DNA of 33,090 nt from Thraustochytrium aureum (Eukaryota): the NCBI GenBank assembly GCA_012862495.1, contig BLSG01000377.1:174625-207714 (forward strand), written 5' to 3'. The notes below the pieces were generated by a model. That model saw nothing but the letters and a program-made list of their open reading frames with translations. It was not told the origin of the DNA and made no database searches. The position numbers and the translations under genes are program-made. This document shows, piece after piece, positions 1 to 10,712 of the stretch. Position 1 is the stretch's first letter. Each line of letters begins with the position of its first letter.

Positions 1-161
1 CGCGGGTTTTCGCAACAAAGCAAATCGCTCGTGGCACACGGACGCCACAAGACACAGATTCGTTCAGAAGCTTTTGCGATGCGTTGGCGCTGCGTCTGTA
101 GTTCGCCCCTGCGAGGAGTTGCTCTTGTGGCCACCGCGGCCATCGATGGCTCTGCAATCGA

Positions 162-201
162 TTGCCGAGCTTCCGCTTGCCGAGCCTCCGCTTGCCGAGC
201 C
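162..201. repeat. 15-bp tandem repeat (TTGCCGAGCYTCCGC), about 2.7 copies
   Basis: Seen directly: ttgccgagcttccgc ttgccgagcctccgc ttgccgagcc. Confidence 0.8.
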
Positions 202-830
202 AGGTGCCTCCGATGCTCCTTCAAGTTGAGCGTAAACGCGCCGCAAATGCGCTCCGCTCGTGTCGGGAGCCGCGGAACACAAGTGTTGCTGCTGCCGTCA
301 AAACTCAAGCTCCGGTGCGCCGCTGAGCAGAGAAATCAGCAGGCTGTGCGCGAGACGACACCGCTGCGAACGAGGCAGGGCCAAGTCCGCCGCGCCGACC
401 ATCCACAGAACGAGATGCTTTGGGCAAGAGAGTGCCATGCCCTGTTTGACTTGCAAAGCCGCGCGATTGCGCTCCACGACAGCCCCGGAGTCGATCGGGG
501 ACATGAGCTTTGGCCATCATCAACTGTCAGCATCGGTTTCTAAAGATGGTAAGGCTTTGGTATTGGTACTCTAGAGGCCTACTGTTGCATACGTGTACGT
601 AGCTGCGACGTGTCGCGATATCGTCGTCCAAGCTCAGTTGATGTTGTTCCGACCAAACCGACTTGTTGATTTGCAGCAAGCATTTCGAAAGCAGCACGGC
701 GGAGGCGCTTCTTGCTGGGCTCTAGCAAGAGCTTATTACAGGTATGGCGCTCTGCTAGACCAGCTCGAGGCTACTCCGTCGGATGCCTGCGACAGGAAAG
801 GCCAGGCGGCTTGCTGCTTGGGTTGCGCGT

Positions 831-2179
831 CTAGCGCTGGTACTGCGGGTACTGCGGGTTGGCATTGTACACAGACGGGAGCTGTTGCTGGGCTTGCTGC
901 GTCTCGCCAACAAGTCGGCGCTTCTGGTACACCGAGTACCCGACGCCGATCGCGAAAACGGCGCCCACAACCGCGAAAACCGGCACGGCTGATCCGCTGG
1001 CGCCACTGGCAGTATTCGATGTGTCGATGGCCGTGTCCAGCGCAAAAGCAGACCCAGGAATGCACTGGCTGTACCACTCATTGAGGACGCGGCAGCTCGA
1101 CCCGCTCGGGCAGCACGTGGCGCCGCCGTAGCCCCGGCCTCCGCACTGTGACCAAACGTTGCTCAAACATTCGGTAGTGGGCGGCGACGTCGGCACTGGG
1201 GCTGGGGCTGGGGCTGGCGCGCCGCCACCCGTGCCGCCGCCAATAGGCGCTTCGAGGGCCACAACCCGCGGAGCAGTCTCGTGCGAGAGCAGCATGAACG
1301 AGTCTTTGTAGTCCGGATGGAATTGCGGGACGCCGATCATTAGATTGTAGAGATCGCCGCCCTGCGTGTCGGCCTCGTTATTGCCCCCGAGGCACTGCTG
1401 GCGCGTGTCGGCCGTAGGCTTGCCGCACCGTGAGAGCTCTGCCGGAATGCCAGTGCAAGTTGGGGAGCGCTGGTTGGCAGTGCCGATGCAGCCAAAGTGG
1501 GAGTTTGCGCCAGAAAACATGCACTGGCCCGTGGCAGCAACAGTCGTGCCGGTCTTTTGGTTCATGACGGGGATGGCATCGTCCTTCAAGTCCCACTGGA
1601 TGTTGGAGCCCGGCGCTGTCGGCTTGGCCGTGAGGGCAGCGCCGCCAGCGACACGAACGTTGGCACAGTTTGAGTAGCTATTGTGCGGCATGTTTCGCAC
1701 GCCGAACGAGTCCTGGTTGCCGAACGCCACCATCTTGAAGACGTAGTCGCCATCTGCCAGGTATGTGGGCACTTTCATTTCCGCCACGCACAACTTTTGC
1801 TGAAATTCTGTGCCGTCCCCGCCGAGTCCAAACTTGTCCCCGCCACCAGCAGCCAGGCAGCCGCGGTTGTAGCAGGTCATGTAGAGAATGTTGTCAGGGT
1901 TGTCGAACTCTTCGATTTGGTCGCGGCCGTTCCCTGTGACGCGGGCCATCGGCAGCGCGCTGACCTGGACAAACCCGCCGTGGTGGTTGTTTCTCCCCAG
2001 CTCACAGGCAGCTGCTGTCCGCGCTGGAGCGTCATGCCGATCGCGGTCTGCGTGCCGCATTCTTGCCGGTCGTCATTTACGTGGACTTGGTTTTCGCGTG
2101 GCTTTGGCGACACAAAGATGGTGTGCCCGGAGACCACAGTGGCCATAAGGGCCGCCACCATTGCGACGCCAGGCTTCAT
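831..2179 (-). CDS. Membrane-anchored lytic polysaccharide monooxygenase-like protein with Cys-rich module, P/T linker, CBM1 and TM helix (one frameshift at ~1995-1998)
   Basis: ATG at 2179 gives signal peptide MKPGVAMVAALMATVVSG followed by His19 (HTIFVSPKPR). Adding one G to the GGGG run joins LPVSWG to RNNHHGGFVQVSALP in ORF 831..2060. Distal SYSNCANVRV motif. Fungal-type CBM1 CLSNVWSQCGGRGYGGATCCPSGSSCRVLNEWYSQC at ~1061-1170. Hydrophobic helix AVPVFAVVGAVFAIGVGYSVY followed by KRR. Confidence 0.8.
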
Positions 2180-3574
2180 CTTGCTCGGACGACGACCTTG
2201 TCTGCTCTGGACTTTGATGGCTTTGCTGGCTGCCGCGGCGAGAGGTGATTTTGAGGCGTTTGGGCTGTGTCGTTTGGGGTTTGCGCCCAAGCCAAGCGCG
2301 GCGAGCTGCGGCCCCCAAGTCCCCCCGGTCACCGCCCGTACGGGCGGCAGCGTTGGCGTGCGTCGGTTTGGGGCGTGCGCCAGTAGCACCTGTCATTATC
2401 TGTAGGCAGCAAGCAAGAATGAAACCCGCGCCAAGCCCCGCCGGTGGGTGCACTGACGACCTGCTTGCACGATTTGCCACCGAGCTCCCATGAATCTGTG
2501 GCGCATGGCAAGCAAGAGACGGTGTGTCCTCACTGTACATCGATGCATTGGCCTCTCGAGTTCCTCCTTGGCAAAGCATGTTTGGCGCGCGCCTGGCCAG
2601 GCGAACGTTGTATCACCTCCTGGACACTTGTATTTGCTTCTATCAAGGACGATCCGCCTTGCTTGCATGAACTAACCTGACCGTACTCTTCCTACCCATC
2701 CAAGAGAGTCAGCCAAAGGCGTCGAAGGCAAGCCTGGCGGCCAGCGACTTTCAAAAAGGCGCGCAGCGCGGTCCCCGTCAAGTCCCAATGCACCCACCGC
2801 TCGACGAGAAGGTAGTCACGTGTCCCGCCTGCTGTCCAAACAAAGCCTTTCAACGGAATTGTACGTGAACTGCAACATGGACGTGCGCCTGCGTTTGTTG
2901 TGCGCGAGTCCATTGCGCCGCCAAGCATCGCACGCTGTGAAGCAAGGCCAGCGCTCGGCTCGGCAGCCTGGTGGCGGGCGGCTCGTGGCGGGGCTGCAAG
3001 GCGGCGCTCATCTGCTCTGCGGGTCCGGAGTGGGTTTGTTCGACCACCACCTCCACCGCCACCACCACCACCTGGTTGTCAAAGGTTGGCTTGCTCCAGA
3101 CTGACGAGGTCCTTTGCAAGGACGCGAAGACAGCTAGCTGCCTGCCGCGACTGGCGGTCGGCTGGTCGCCCGCTCAGGGCGTAGCTGGTGGGCGATCCTG
3201 CTCGGACGCTGGCTCGCTCGCGCTCCACAGCGAGGTTGGCAAGATCTCCGCACCTCTCTCACCGTTCCCAGCCGCGCTGCCGGCGGGCCGCCGCGTGAGC
3301 GCGGCTTGCCGCGCGCGTCATCGAAGAAAGGCCGCTGCGCTCACCGGGCTGCGCTGCCGAGCCTCACGAGCGCGGGAGAGCCGTCAAGGCGACCCGGAGC
3401 GGCACGGGTCGCTATCCCGCAATGGCTGCCAGAGCACCAAGAGGACCGCGCTGGAGCAGCTCAGCGACAGAGCAAGCCCCGACAACGCTCGCCAGTGGCC
3501 TCGCAGCGCCGCGAGGACTGCGCGGCACCGCTGCAAGAGAGGCACAAGCTCTGCGCGGCCAAAGGAGCGGCCCC

Positions 3575-5055
3575 ATGCGGTGCGCTTGGGCTGTCGTTGC
3601 GCCTGTCGGCGCGGCGCTCCTTCTCGCTTGCGCTGGCCGCGCTGACCGCGCGGCGTGCGTGCCGCTCATCACGGCCGGGGCCCAGTGCACTGCCGCGGCG
3701 GAGCCAATGCAAGGGTGCGCCAAGCTGACGAGCGAGCTCGTCGGCGTTACGCAAGTTCCCGGCAAACTCGCGTCGGGTGAGAATGGGACTGTGCTGGACC
3801 CGCCCGTGAGCGAGCTCTCCGGAATAGCCGCAGTGGGCGGCGGCCGCGAGCTGGTCCTCGTCGGCGACAGCGGCGCCCTCTTTTTCGCTTCGGTCGGCCC
3901 CGAGGACGTCGACGCTGCGGTCCCGAATATCTCGTTCACCAGCAGCGTCAGGCTGGAGGTGCCCTCAGGAATGAGCCACGTTGACGCTGAAAGCGTTGCT
4001 GTGCTTTGCGCGGGCGGGGCCGATGCCAGGTGCTCCCTGAGCGACCCTGACGCTCAGCTTGTCATCGGCGTCGAGCGCGGCAAGATGGACGCAGAAACTG
4101 GCGGGATATGGGCGTTCGCACCCAATGGGACCTTGCTTTCCCGGGACGTCATTTCGCCAGAGCTGCTCGTTGCGCTCGGGATGGACTCGCCCCAGCAGCG
4201 CGTCAACGAGGGCTTCGAGGCCCTCACTGTGACCGAGGACGGAGCGACGTTGCTTTTCACGACGGAAGGGCCCGTTCTAGACGATGCTGCTGCCGGCCTT
4301 GAGCATGTGCGCCGTATCGTAGCGGTAAACCTCGCCAGCGGCGAGGCGCAGGTCTTCCGGTACGAGGTTCAACTGGCCGGCGCAGGTCTGACGGATATGG
4401 CTTTGCTGGACGCAGCCGAGCCGCGGCTTCTCGCTGTTTTAGAGCGCGCCTACGACGAGGCGGACGACGCCAACCGCGTCCTCTTGCGATATGTTGACCT
4501 TCGGCAGGGGATAAAGGTGCAAGACCCGAGGCAGTCTCGCAGTGTGCTCACTGACCACCTGCACGAGGCGCAAGCGGTGGCCGCCGGGGCGAGCGACCCG
4601 CTCCATTCGAGCAGCGCTGACGACCCCTCGCAAGTGGACAACTACGAAGGCCTCGTTCGCTTGCCCTGCTCGGACCGCCTGGTGCTTGTGAGCGACGACA
4701 ACGAGTCGCCGGGCCAAAAGACGCTCTTTGCTACCTTCAGGCTCCACGTCAGCGACGTCACTGGAGCGCCGACGGCGCAAAGCACGGTGCGCCCAACCGC
4801 GGACCCGACAAGTGACGAAACGCTGTTCAAGCGAGGGACGCGCGAGTTTAGCATGCTCCTGATCCTCGCCGGCGGGGTTGGTGCCTCTTCATTCTTGGCG
4901 GTTGCATACTCTGCTGTCGCCGTGAGCGCCGATACCGCGACGCCAACAACGCGGACGGCGACTTTGACCACGCTGGACCGGACAGGTTCGACTCTGGTGA
5001 CGCACGCCACGGGCCGGACGGCTATGACGACAGCATCGAGCTCGTTGCTGCCTGA
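3575..5055 (+). CDS. Esterase-like activity of phytase family beta-propeller protein, type I membrane-anchored (probable frameshift at ~4883)
   Basis: Signal peptide MRCAWAVVAPVGAALLLACAG. Family motifs ELSGIA, DAESVA, NEGFEALT, LERAY, DNYEGL and LVLVSDDN. Adding one C at GCCTC gives TM ...AGGVGALFILGGCILCC plus tail RRERRYR...IELVAA* (TGA 5053-5055); the ORF-track frame instead ends at 5074. Confidence 0.8.
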
Positions 5056-5554
5056 TGCAACAACCAAGTACTAGTAAAGTAGGTGGGTAGAGTAGAGTAC
5101 GGTAACTTGTAAACCAAGGGACAGTTTTCTCCCTCTCTAGCTAGAGTGGGCGTGCTCTCCCAGAGCTAGACTGGTTTGTTGTTCAAGACCCCACCGTGCA
5201 ACTCCTCTCGGGGCCTTCGCCCCATTTCCCGGGCTATGTGCCAGTGATCCAATCCGGTGCAACAAGATCGATCGATCGTGGCGGCGACGCTCCACCACTG
5301 CGAGGCTCATCACCAGAGATCATCACCCCAAGGGGCCCAAGCACACGAAGGCCGGATGACCGGACTCCCAACCCAACTGCGTGGAGCATCGTCAGAGGAA
5401 GTCTATGGTGATGCGCACGTGATGCGCTCTACTCTGCTCAGAGCTCACTGCACCGGTCGAAGAGAGGGCGACGCCTCAGGATCAAAAACCCGTCCATCCA
5501 TCCGTCCACCCACCGACTGGCATCTCCAAGCAACGTTCTCTACCGGTATGCAAG

Positions 5555-5580
5555 CAATCAATCAATCAATCAAATCAATC
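5555..5580. repeat. (CAAT)n microsatellite, intergenic
   Basis: caatcaatcaatcaatcaaatcaatc. Confidence 0.75.
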
Positions 5581-6085
5581 ACCAGCCGGGCTCAAACCTC
5601 AACGACGTCCGAGTGCACCGAGCACCGTTCCACGACCTCCATCTCGTCGCGTCCCTGATCGATCATCCATCCATCATCATCCATGTCGCCAACACCCAAA
5701 ACACAGCAAACTCTGCTCAGGTCTGGCCGATGTCGCCATGCGTCCTATCGCTTGCGCTTTACCCGACACTCTCTTCATACTCGCCTCCTCCGCGCCGCCC
5801 ACCCGCACCAAGGTGGCCAGTGGGTGTACGAGAGGGGTACGCGGGAAGTATATGCGTTTGAAGGGGGAATTGGAGGTTGGCCGACGGCGGCGAGGACGAG
5901 CAGCAGACCCGGAACGGACTCGGGAGAGCGGCGCCGGGAGCTGCGCGGGGCGCACGAGTGCGGGCGCGAGGTTGGCGGGCGGGGTTGAGTGTAGAGGTAT
6001 CGCTGTCTTGCGGCGCTGGTCTCCCTCCGGTCGCGGGGCGCCGCGAGGATCGTCCGGTGGTCGATCGGGGTGCTCGCTGTTTGCG

Positions 6086-6137
6086 GCGTGCTTGCGTGCT
6101 TGCGTGCTTGCGTGCTTGCGTGCCTGCGTGCGTGCTT
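6086..6137. repeat. (GCGTGCTT)n 8-bp tandem repeat just upstream of the 6154 start codon
   Basis: Four perfect copies, then degenerate copies. It produces the spurious ACLR/ACVL and HASTQARK repeats in the ORF track. Confidence 0.85.
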
Positions 6138-6153
6138 TGCGCAGCGCCCGGGA

Positions 6154-8671
6154 ATGGAGCCCGCCGTGGGGCGAGGCGACTTGGCTGCCTTTGCGGTCGA
6201 GTTTGAGGTCGAGTTTGAACCGAGGTACCAGAGGAACAACAAAAGGACAGGGCAGAAGAACCTCAGGTGCTTTCCCAAGTGCTCCAAGCGCGGGCACTCC
6301 AACACGGGGTTCTGCGGACGCCCCGTGACCTGCACCGTCTCGGGGCTCGATCTGCGAGACCCAAACAAGGTGATTCTGGCGTGGGCCGAGTTTACCGAGG
6401 TAAACTGCACAGGCCAGCTCCGCCCCAAGCAGAGAATTCCCCTGGTGCAAGCACTGGCCAAGGAGCGGACACGCGAAGACCCGATCCAGCCCTGGATCAA
6501 GGGCCAGGTCTCGGTATCGCAAAAGCGGCAAGACGAATGCACAATTGTTTTCAACAGGGAGCTGCTCGGCTGGAGCTACTCTTGGGTCAGTAGCAAGCAC
6601 ACCTGCGACGCGTTCCACCAGCTCAACATAACGCTTTTCGAGCAAAAGGTCGGCTCCGATGAGCTCGTATTCCTAGGCTCGGTCACGAGCCCGCGCTTCC
6701 AACTCTTCTCGAGGCGGCGGCAGTTTGCCTATGACGCCCCGGGCTTGGCCGCCCCTGCCGCAGCAAGCTCGTCGAGCAGCGGCGGCCCCGGGAAGCGGCC
6801 TCGGGCAGCCATCTCGAAGCGGAGCGAAAGCGACGAAGTCTCGGAGGAGGCCGCCGACACTGCAGCATATAAACGTAGCGGCGCCGGCGCAGAATGCACG
6901 CCCTCGCGCGCAGTCGCCTCCGCCAACTTCGAGTCGATGGAACTCGACGCCGTGCTGGAAGACAAGTTGCTGGAGATGGACGAGAACCGGGTGATCGACC
7001 GCCTGTTGCAGTTTGTGTTTCAGTTCTCCTTCGCGCACAATACCGAGGCAGAAGTCACGGGCCAGAGCAGCGGGCGATCCCGCTCGGCGAGCGCGAACGC
7101 TCTGGTGGAGGATTTTTTGACGATCGAAGCGGATATGCTGAGCCAGTCGCTCGGCTCCGCCATTCCAAGCGCGTCGTTGGAAGGGCTCGTGCCGCTGCCG
7201 CCGTCGCCGTCCGCGACCTCCTTGGCCTCGCACGCAAGCGGGCACTCCGACCAGTCGAATCCGGTGGGCCGAATCCGCCGCCTCCTCAAGGGTCGCGCGG
7301 GGTTGACAGACGACCAAGTCGACACGTTTGTACAGCACCTGAACAAGCTGGGCGAGACCATGACCATCCAAGCTCGCAACAACGACGCCTTCAGGCGCCT
7401 CTTCCACATGTACTCGACGCCGCAGGGGCTGCGCAAGCTCAAGGAGCAGGTCGCGCGGGAGCGGGATGACACGCACTTCGAGTGGACCCGCGAGCGCGAG
7501 GACGAGACGTTCAACGAGGAGTGCCCGGAGCGCAACACGGAGAACTCGATATTCGCCCATTTTCGCCACCACATGCGCCGCATGCTGCGCATTTCGCTGC
7601 AAGCGACGGGAATGAATCTCTCCGACTTTGCACAGCCCATGGAGCTTGCGGCTTCCCACGGGGCGCTCATGCATGATCCGTACCACCCACCCGACGTCAA
7701 GGCCGCTGCCTTTCTGCACCTTCAGCTGCACGGCGACCTCAGCCGCTTCGAGGAGGAAGACTATGGGAGCCGCGAGCGCAAGTGGCGCGACGCGGGCCAG
7801 CAGCGCCGGTTTGCGCGCGACTTTCTCATTGTCAAGCGTGGTGTGTTCCGGCGCCAGCTCTGCAACCGCATCGTTCAGGAGCACAAGACCAAGCGGCTCC
7901 TTTCAAGTGTGGACCAGCCGGTCCCCGCAGCTTGGGACATCAATGGTTCCTGGCTCAACGTGAGCAAGAGTTCGGACCCGCTCGCCACGATGATGAACGT
8001 GCTCGGCCTGCCCATGGGCTCTTTTGTCACCAAGCTATTCGACAGCATGTTCCGCGAGATCAACATACGAATCTCCAACAACCGCCTAGTTATCAAGGGG
8101 CAGGACGTGCTGATGGCTTCGCCAGAGTTTTATGTCCCCTTCACTGGCAAGCCTGCGCCCCTGCGGCCCCCAGCGCCCGTCCCCATCATGCCCCTCTCCG
8201 AGACGGAGAAGCTCGTCTCAGGGTGGCTAGATGTCGACCCCGCCACGGGCGTGTACAGCGTCAAGTTTATCATGGGCGGCGACCTCGTTGAGACGGGCTT
8301 CTCCAAGATTGCCGAGCTAGGGCCTGAGCGCCGACGCCCAAGCAGCGGAGGTCGACCCCAACATCGCGGCGCTGCGCGAGCGCCTCTTCGCGATCATCAG
8401 CAACACCAAGTCGGGCGCCAAGCCCCAGGTGCGGTATGTCCAGGCCATGGAAATCGTGCCAGGGCAGGCCGAGAACGAGTCGCTTCGCCTCCGCCAGTAC
8501 TATTTGTTTTTCCCCGACTCGGTCAGCGCCCCGGATATGCACGACCGTGAGAGTCTACGCCGCTTCGCTCGGTCGTTGCCGGCAGCCAACCTCTTTTTCG
8601 AGTCCGAGCAGAGCCTCGTGCGCAACTACCTCAACCAGGCGGACACCGAGTACATCCTCGAGCTGCTCTGA
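6154..8671 (+). CDS. Uncharacterised ~840-aa protein with Cys/His-containing N-terminal domain, putative DNA-binding regulator (frameshift at ~8320-8322)
   Basis: Long coding-like ORF from MEPAVGRGD. N-domain YQRNNKRTGQKNLRCFPKCSKRGHSNTGFCG...WSYSWVSSKHTCDAFH...SPRFQLFSRRR, then an NLS-like PGKRPR in a low-complexity linker. Removing one G from GGG joins KIAELG to LSADAQAAEVDPNIAALRERLFAII and on to ORF 8429..8671. Confidence 0.7.
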
Positions 8672-8760
8672 GCGCCCGCCCCCGCGTTGGCCGCACGCCG
8701 CCTTCCCCCAACCAAACGCCAGGCAAAAGAGTACTTACATAGCCACCGCTGCGGACGCCA

Positions 8761-9016
8761 NNNNNNNNNNNNNNNNNNNNNNNNNNNNNNNNNNNNNNNN
8801 NNNNNNNNNNNNNNNNNNNNNNNNNNNNNNNNNNNNNNNNNNNNNNNNNNNNNNNNNNNNNNNNNNNNNNNNNNNNNNNNNNNNNNNNNNNNNNNNNNNN
8901 NNNNNNNNNNNNNNNNNNNNNNNNNNNNNNNNNNNNNNNNNNNNNNNNNNNNNNNNNNNNNNNNNNNNNNNNNNNNNNNNNNNNNNNNNNNNNNNNNNNN
9001 NNNNNNNNNNNNNNNN
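8761..9016. other. Assembly gap (N run)
   Basis: Run of n; hides the 5' end of the phosphatase gene. Confidence 0.99.
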
Positions 9017-9508
9017 TCGAGGAGCCGTCGGGGCTGGGTGGACCTGCCAGTGGAGGTCGCGCCGGGAGTGCTGCTGGGCGACATAATCGCTGCGCACAAT
9101 GCGAGCGTGATCGCGAGGTTTGGCGTCACGCACGTCGCTTCCATGCTGTGCGAGCAAGATGTCGGCCTGGAGGCTGGCAGCCCCGCCCGGTCGCTAAACC
9201 ACATCATCGTCGTTGCAGATGACGACGAGTTTTGCGACCTGACCACGTCTGGGGCCCTGGACCAGGTCGTACGATTTACCAAGCAGGGCGTCGCCGACGG
9301 CGGCGTTGTGCTGGTGCACTGCGTTGGCGGCGTGAACCGAAGCGGGGCCGCCGTGGTCGCGTATCTGGTCGAGCAACTTGGGATGTCCCTGGTGGACGCT
9401 GTGAAGCACGTCAGGTCGCGGCGCGGTGCCTTCCTTTCGAATGCTGCCTTTCGCGAGCAGTTGGCGCGCCGGTACTCGACAGGCGCGGCGGCTTCCTGCG
9501 GACCATGA
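9017..9508 (+). CDS. Dual-specificity protein phosphatase (5'-partial)
   Basis: Signature VLVHCVGGVNRSGAAVVAYLV (HCxxGxxRS), plus PVEVAPGVLLGD, GVTHV and AVKHVRSRR...NAAFREQL. Confidence 0.9.
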   Translation, partial: SRSRRGWVDLPVEVAPGVLLGDIIAAHNASVIARFGVTHVASMLCEQDVGLEAGSPARSLNHIIVVADDDEFCDLTTSGALDQVVRFTKQGVADGGVVLVHCVGGVNRSGAAVVAYLVEQLGMSLVDAVKHVRSRRGAFLSNAAFREQLARRYSTGAAASCGP

Positions 9509-10494
9509 CCACTCTGCCATCCGTCCATATGCTTTCAAATTGCATCGTGTGGAGTCTGGCGGCCAGTGGAGCGTCAGATACCCATTTTGTGTCTTTCTGT
9601 GGGGTGCGGGCTGGTGATTTCACAAGTGAGGTCCCCGCGGGTCGGCGGCTCCGCGGGATGCGGCATCGGCGGTGCGCAACATGATGCAGGCGGCATTCTT
9701 GTCTCGGTTCCTCGTTTGCTTGAGCAGCGTCAGACATCATGGACGCGAGCGGGCATTTCCTGCCCGCTTGGCAGCGTGCGCAACTTGAGGTGGTGCACGA
9801 TGCGCTTCGTCGTGCGAGAGGCAGCGGGAGGAGTGCTTGCCGGTGTGACGACTCGACGTCGACAAAGATGTGCAAGCTCACGGCGCTGCTCGCTCCAATG
9901 CCCGAAACATGAAAAAGCATACGTCATCAGGCTCTCCAAGGATTCGGTCCGCTCAAGCGGAAGGCACGACAAACGTTCCATGCGGACCCAGCATGCTCCA
10001 GAGGTTCCCAAGCTCGCGTTTCGCGGGTCTGCGAGTTTCTAGGCCGCTTTCGAATCGGACAGTCTTGCTCTCCGTCACCACTGGCAGGGAAATGGCGTGC
10101 CCCATCTAGCACGCACGAAAACCCTTCGACAGAAACTGAGCTGTACCAGCTTGGTCACAGGGGGGGTGCGGTTGCCCGAGCGATTCGTCCCGCTGGGCTC
10201 TGCTTCGCCTCGCTCCTTCCCGCGTCGGCGGCGCAAAGCAGAGTCTTGCGCTCGTAGTGACGCGCCTGGTACTGTGGCGCTCGACGAGTTTCACGACGAC
10301 TCGCGTTTCCCCACTGGTTTCTCGCCGCGCTCGCCGTGCTGCAATCCTTGCGATGCTGGTCACCGTTCGCTGCTGCGCTCGATGCGATTGGCAGGTGCAT
10401 GCCTTGCGTCTCATCATACGCCCAATTTCGAGCGGTGCCATGTTGGTTCTCGGCGGCACGTTGCGACTGAACCGATTGCGTAGCGGGCTGGCTC

Positions 10495-10652
10495 GTCGTG
10501 CAGAGGGAGGGTGGCTTTCACGGCGGGCGCCTTGCCTTTGAATGATTACCTTTTTCTAGCAGAGTCTGGGTCGAGCTAGCTAGAGTCGTGCAGAGGGAGG
10601 GTGGCTTTCACGGCGGGCGCCTTGCATTTGAATGATTACCTTTTTCTAGCAG
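10495..10652. repeat. Direct duplication of a ~68-bp unit with 90-bp period
   Basis: 10495-10562 and 10585-10652 both read gtcgtgcagagggagggtggctttcacggcgggcgccttgc[c/a]tttgaatgattacctttttctagcag, with one mismatch. Confidence 0.9.
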
Positions 10653-10712
10653 TCTGTCTCGCTTGAAGTTTGCTTTGTGCATCAACGCAAGGGGTGAGCG
10701 TAGCCATGGTCA

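Noticed and set aside
1..830. ORFs 31..543+ and 593..1084+
   Set aside because: Low-complexity Arg/Ala/Cys translations, partly repeat-derived or antisense to the LPMO-like gene.
5100..6080. ORFs in the interval before the 6154 gene
   Set aside because: Microsatellite-rich intergenic or UTR sequence; the translations lack protein-like features.
9510..10490. Possible coding or degenerate element between the phosphatase and the oxygenase
   Set aside because: Short ORFs on both strands, no consistent frame, no motif and no terminal repeats that I can support.
10495..10652. CRISPR-like repeat-spacer-repeat
   Set aside because: Only two copies, the unit (68 bp) is too long, no cas genes are present, and the context is eukaryotic.
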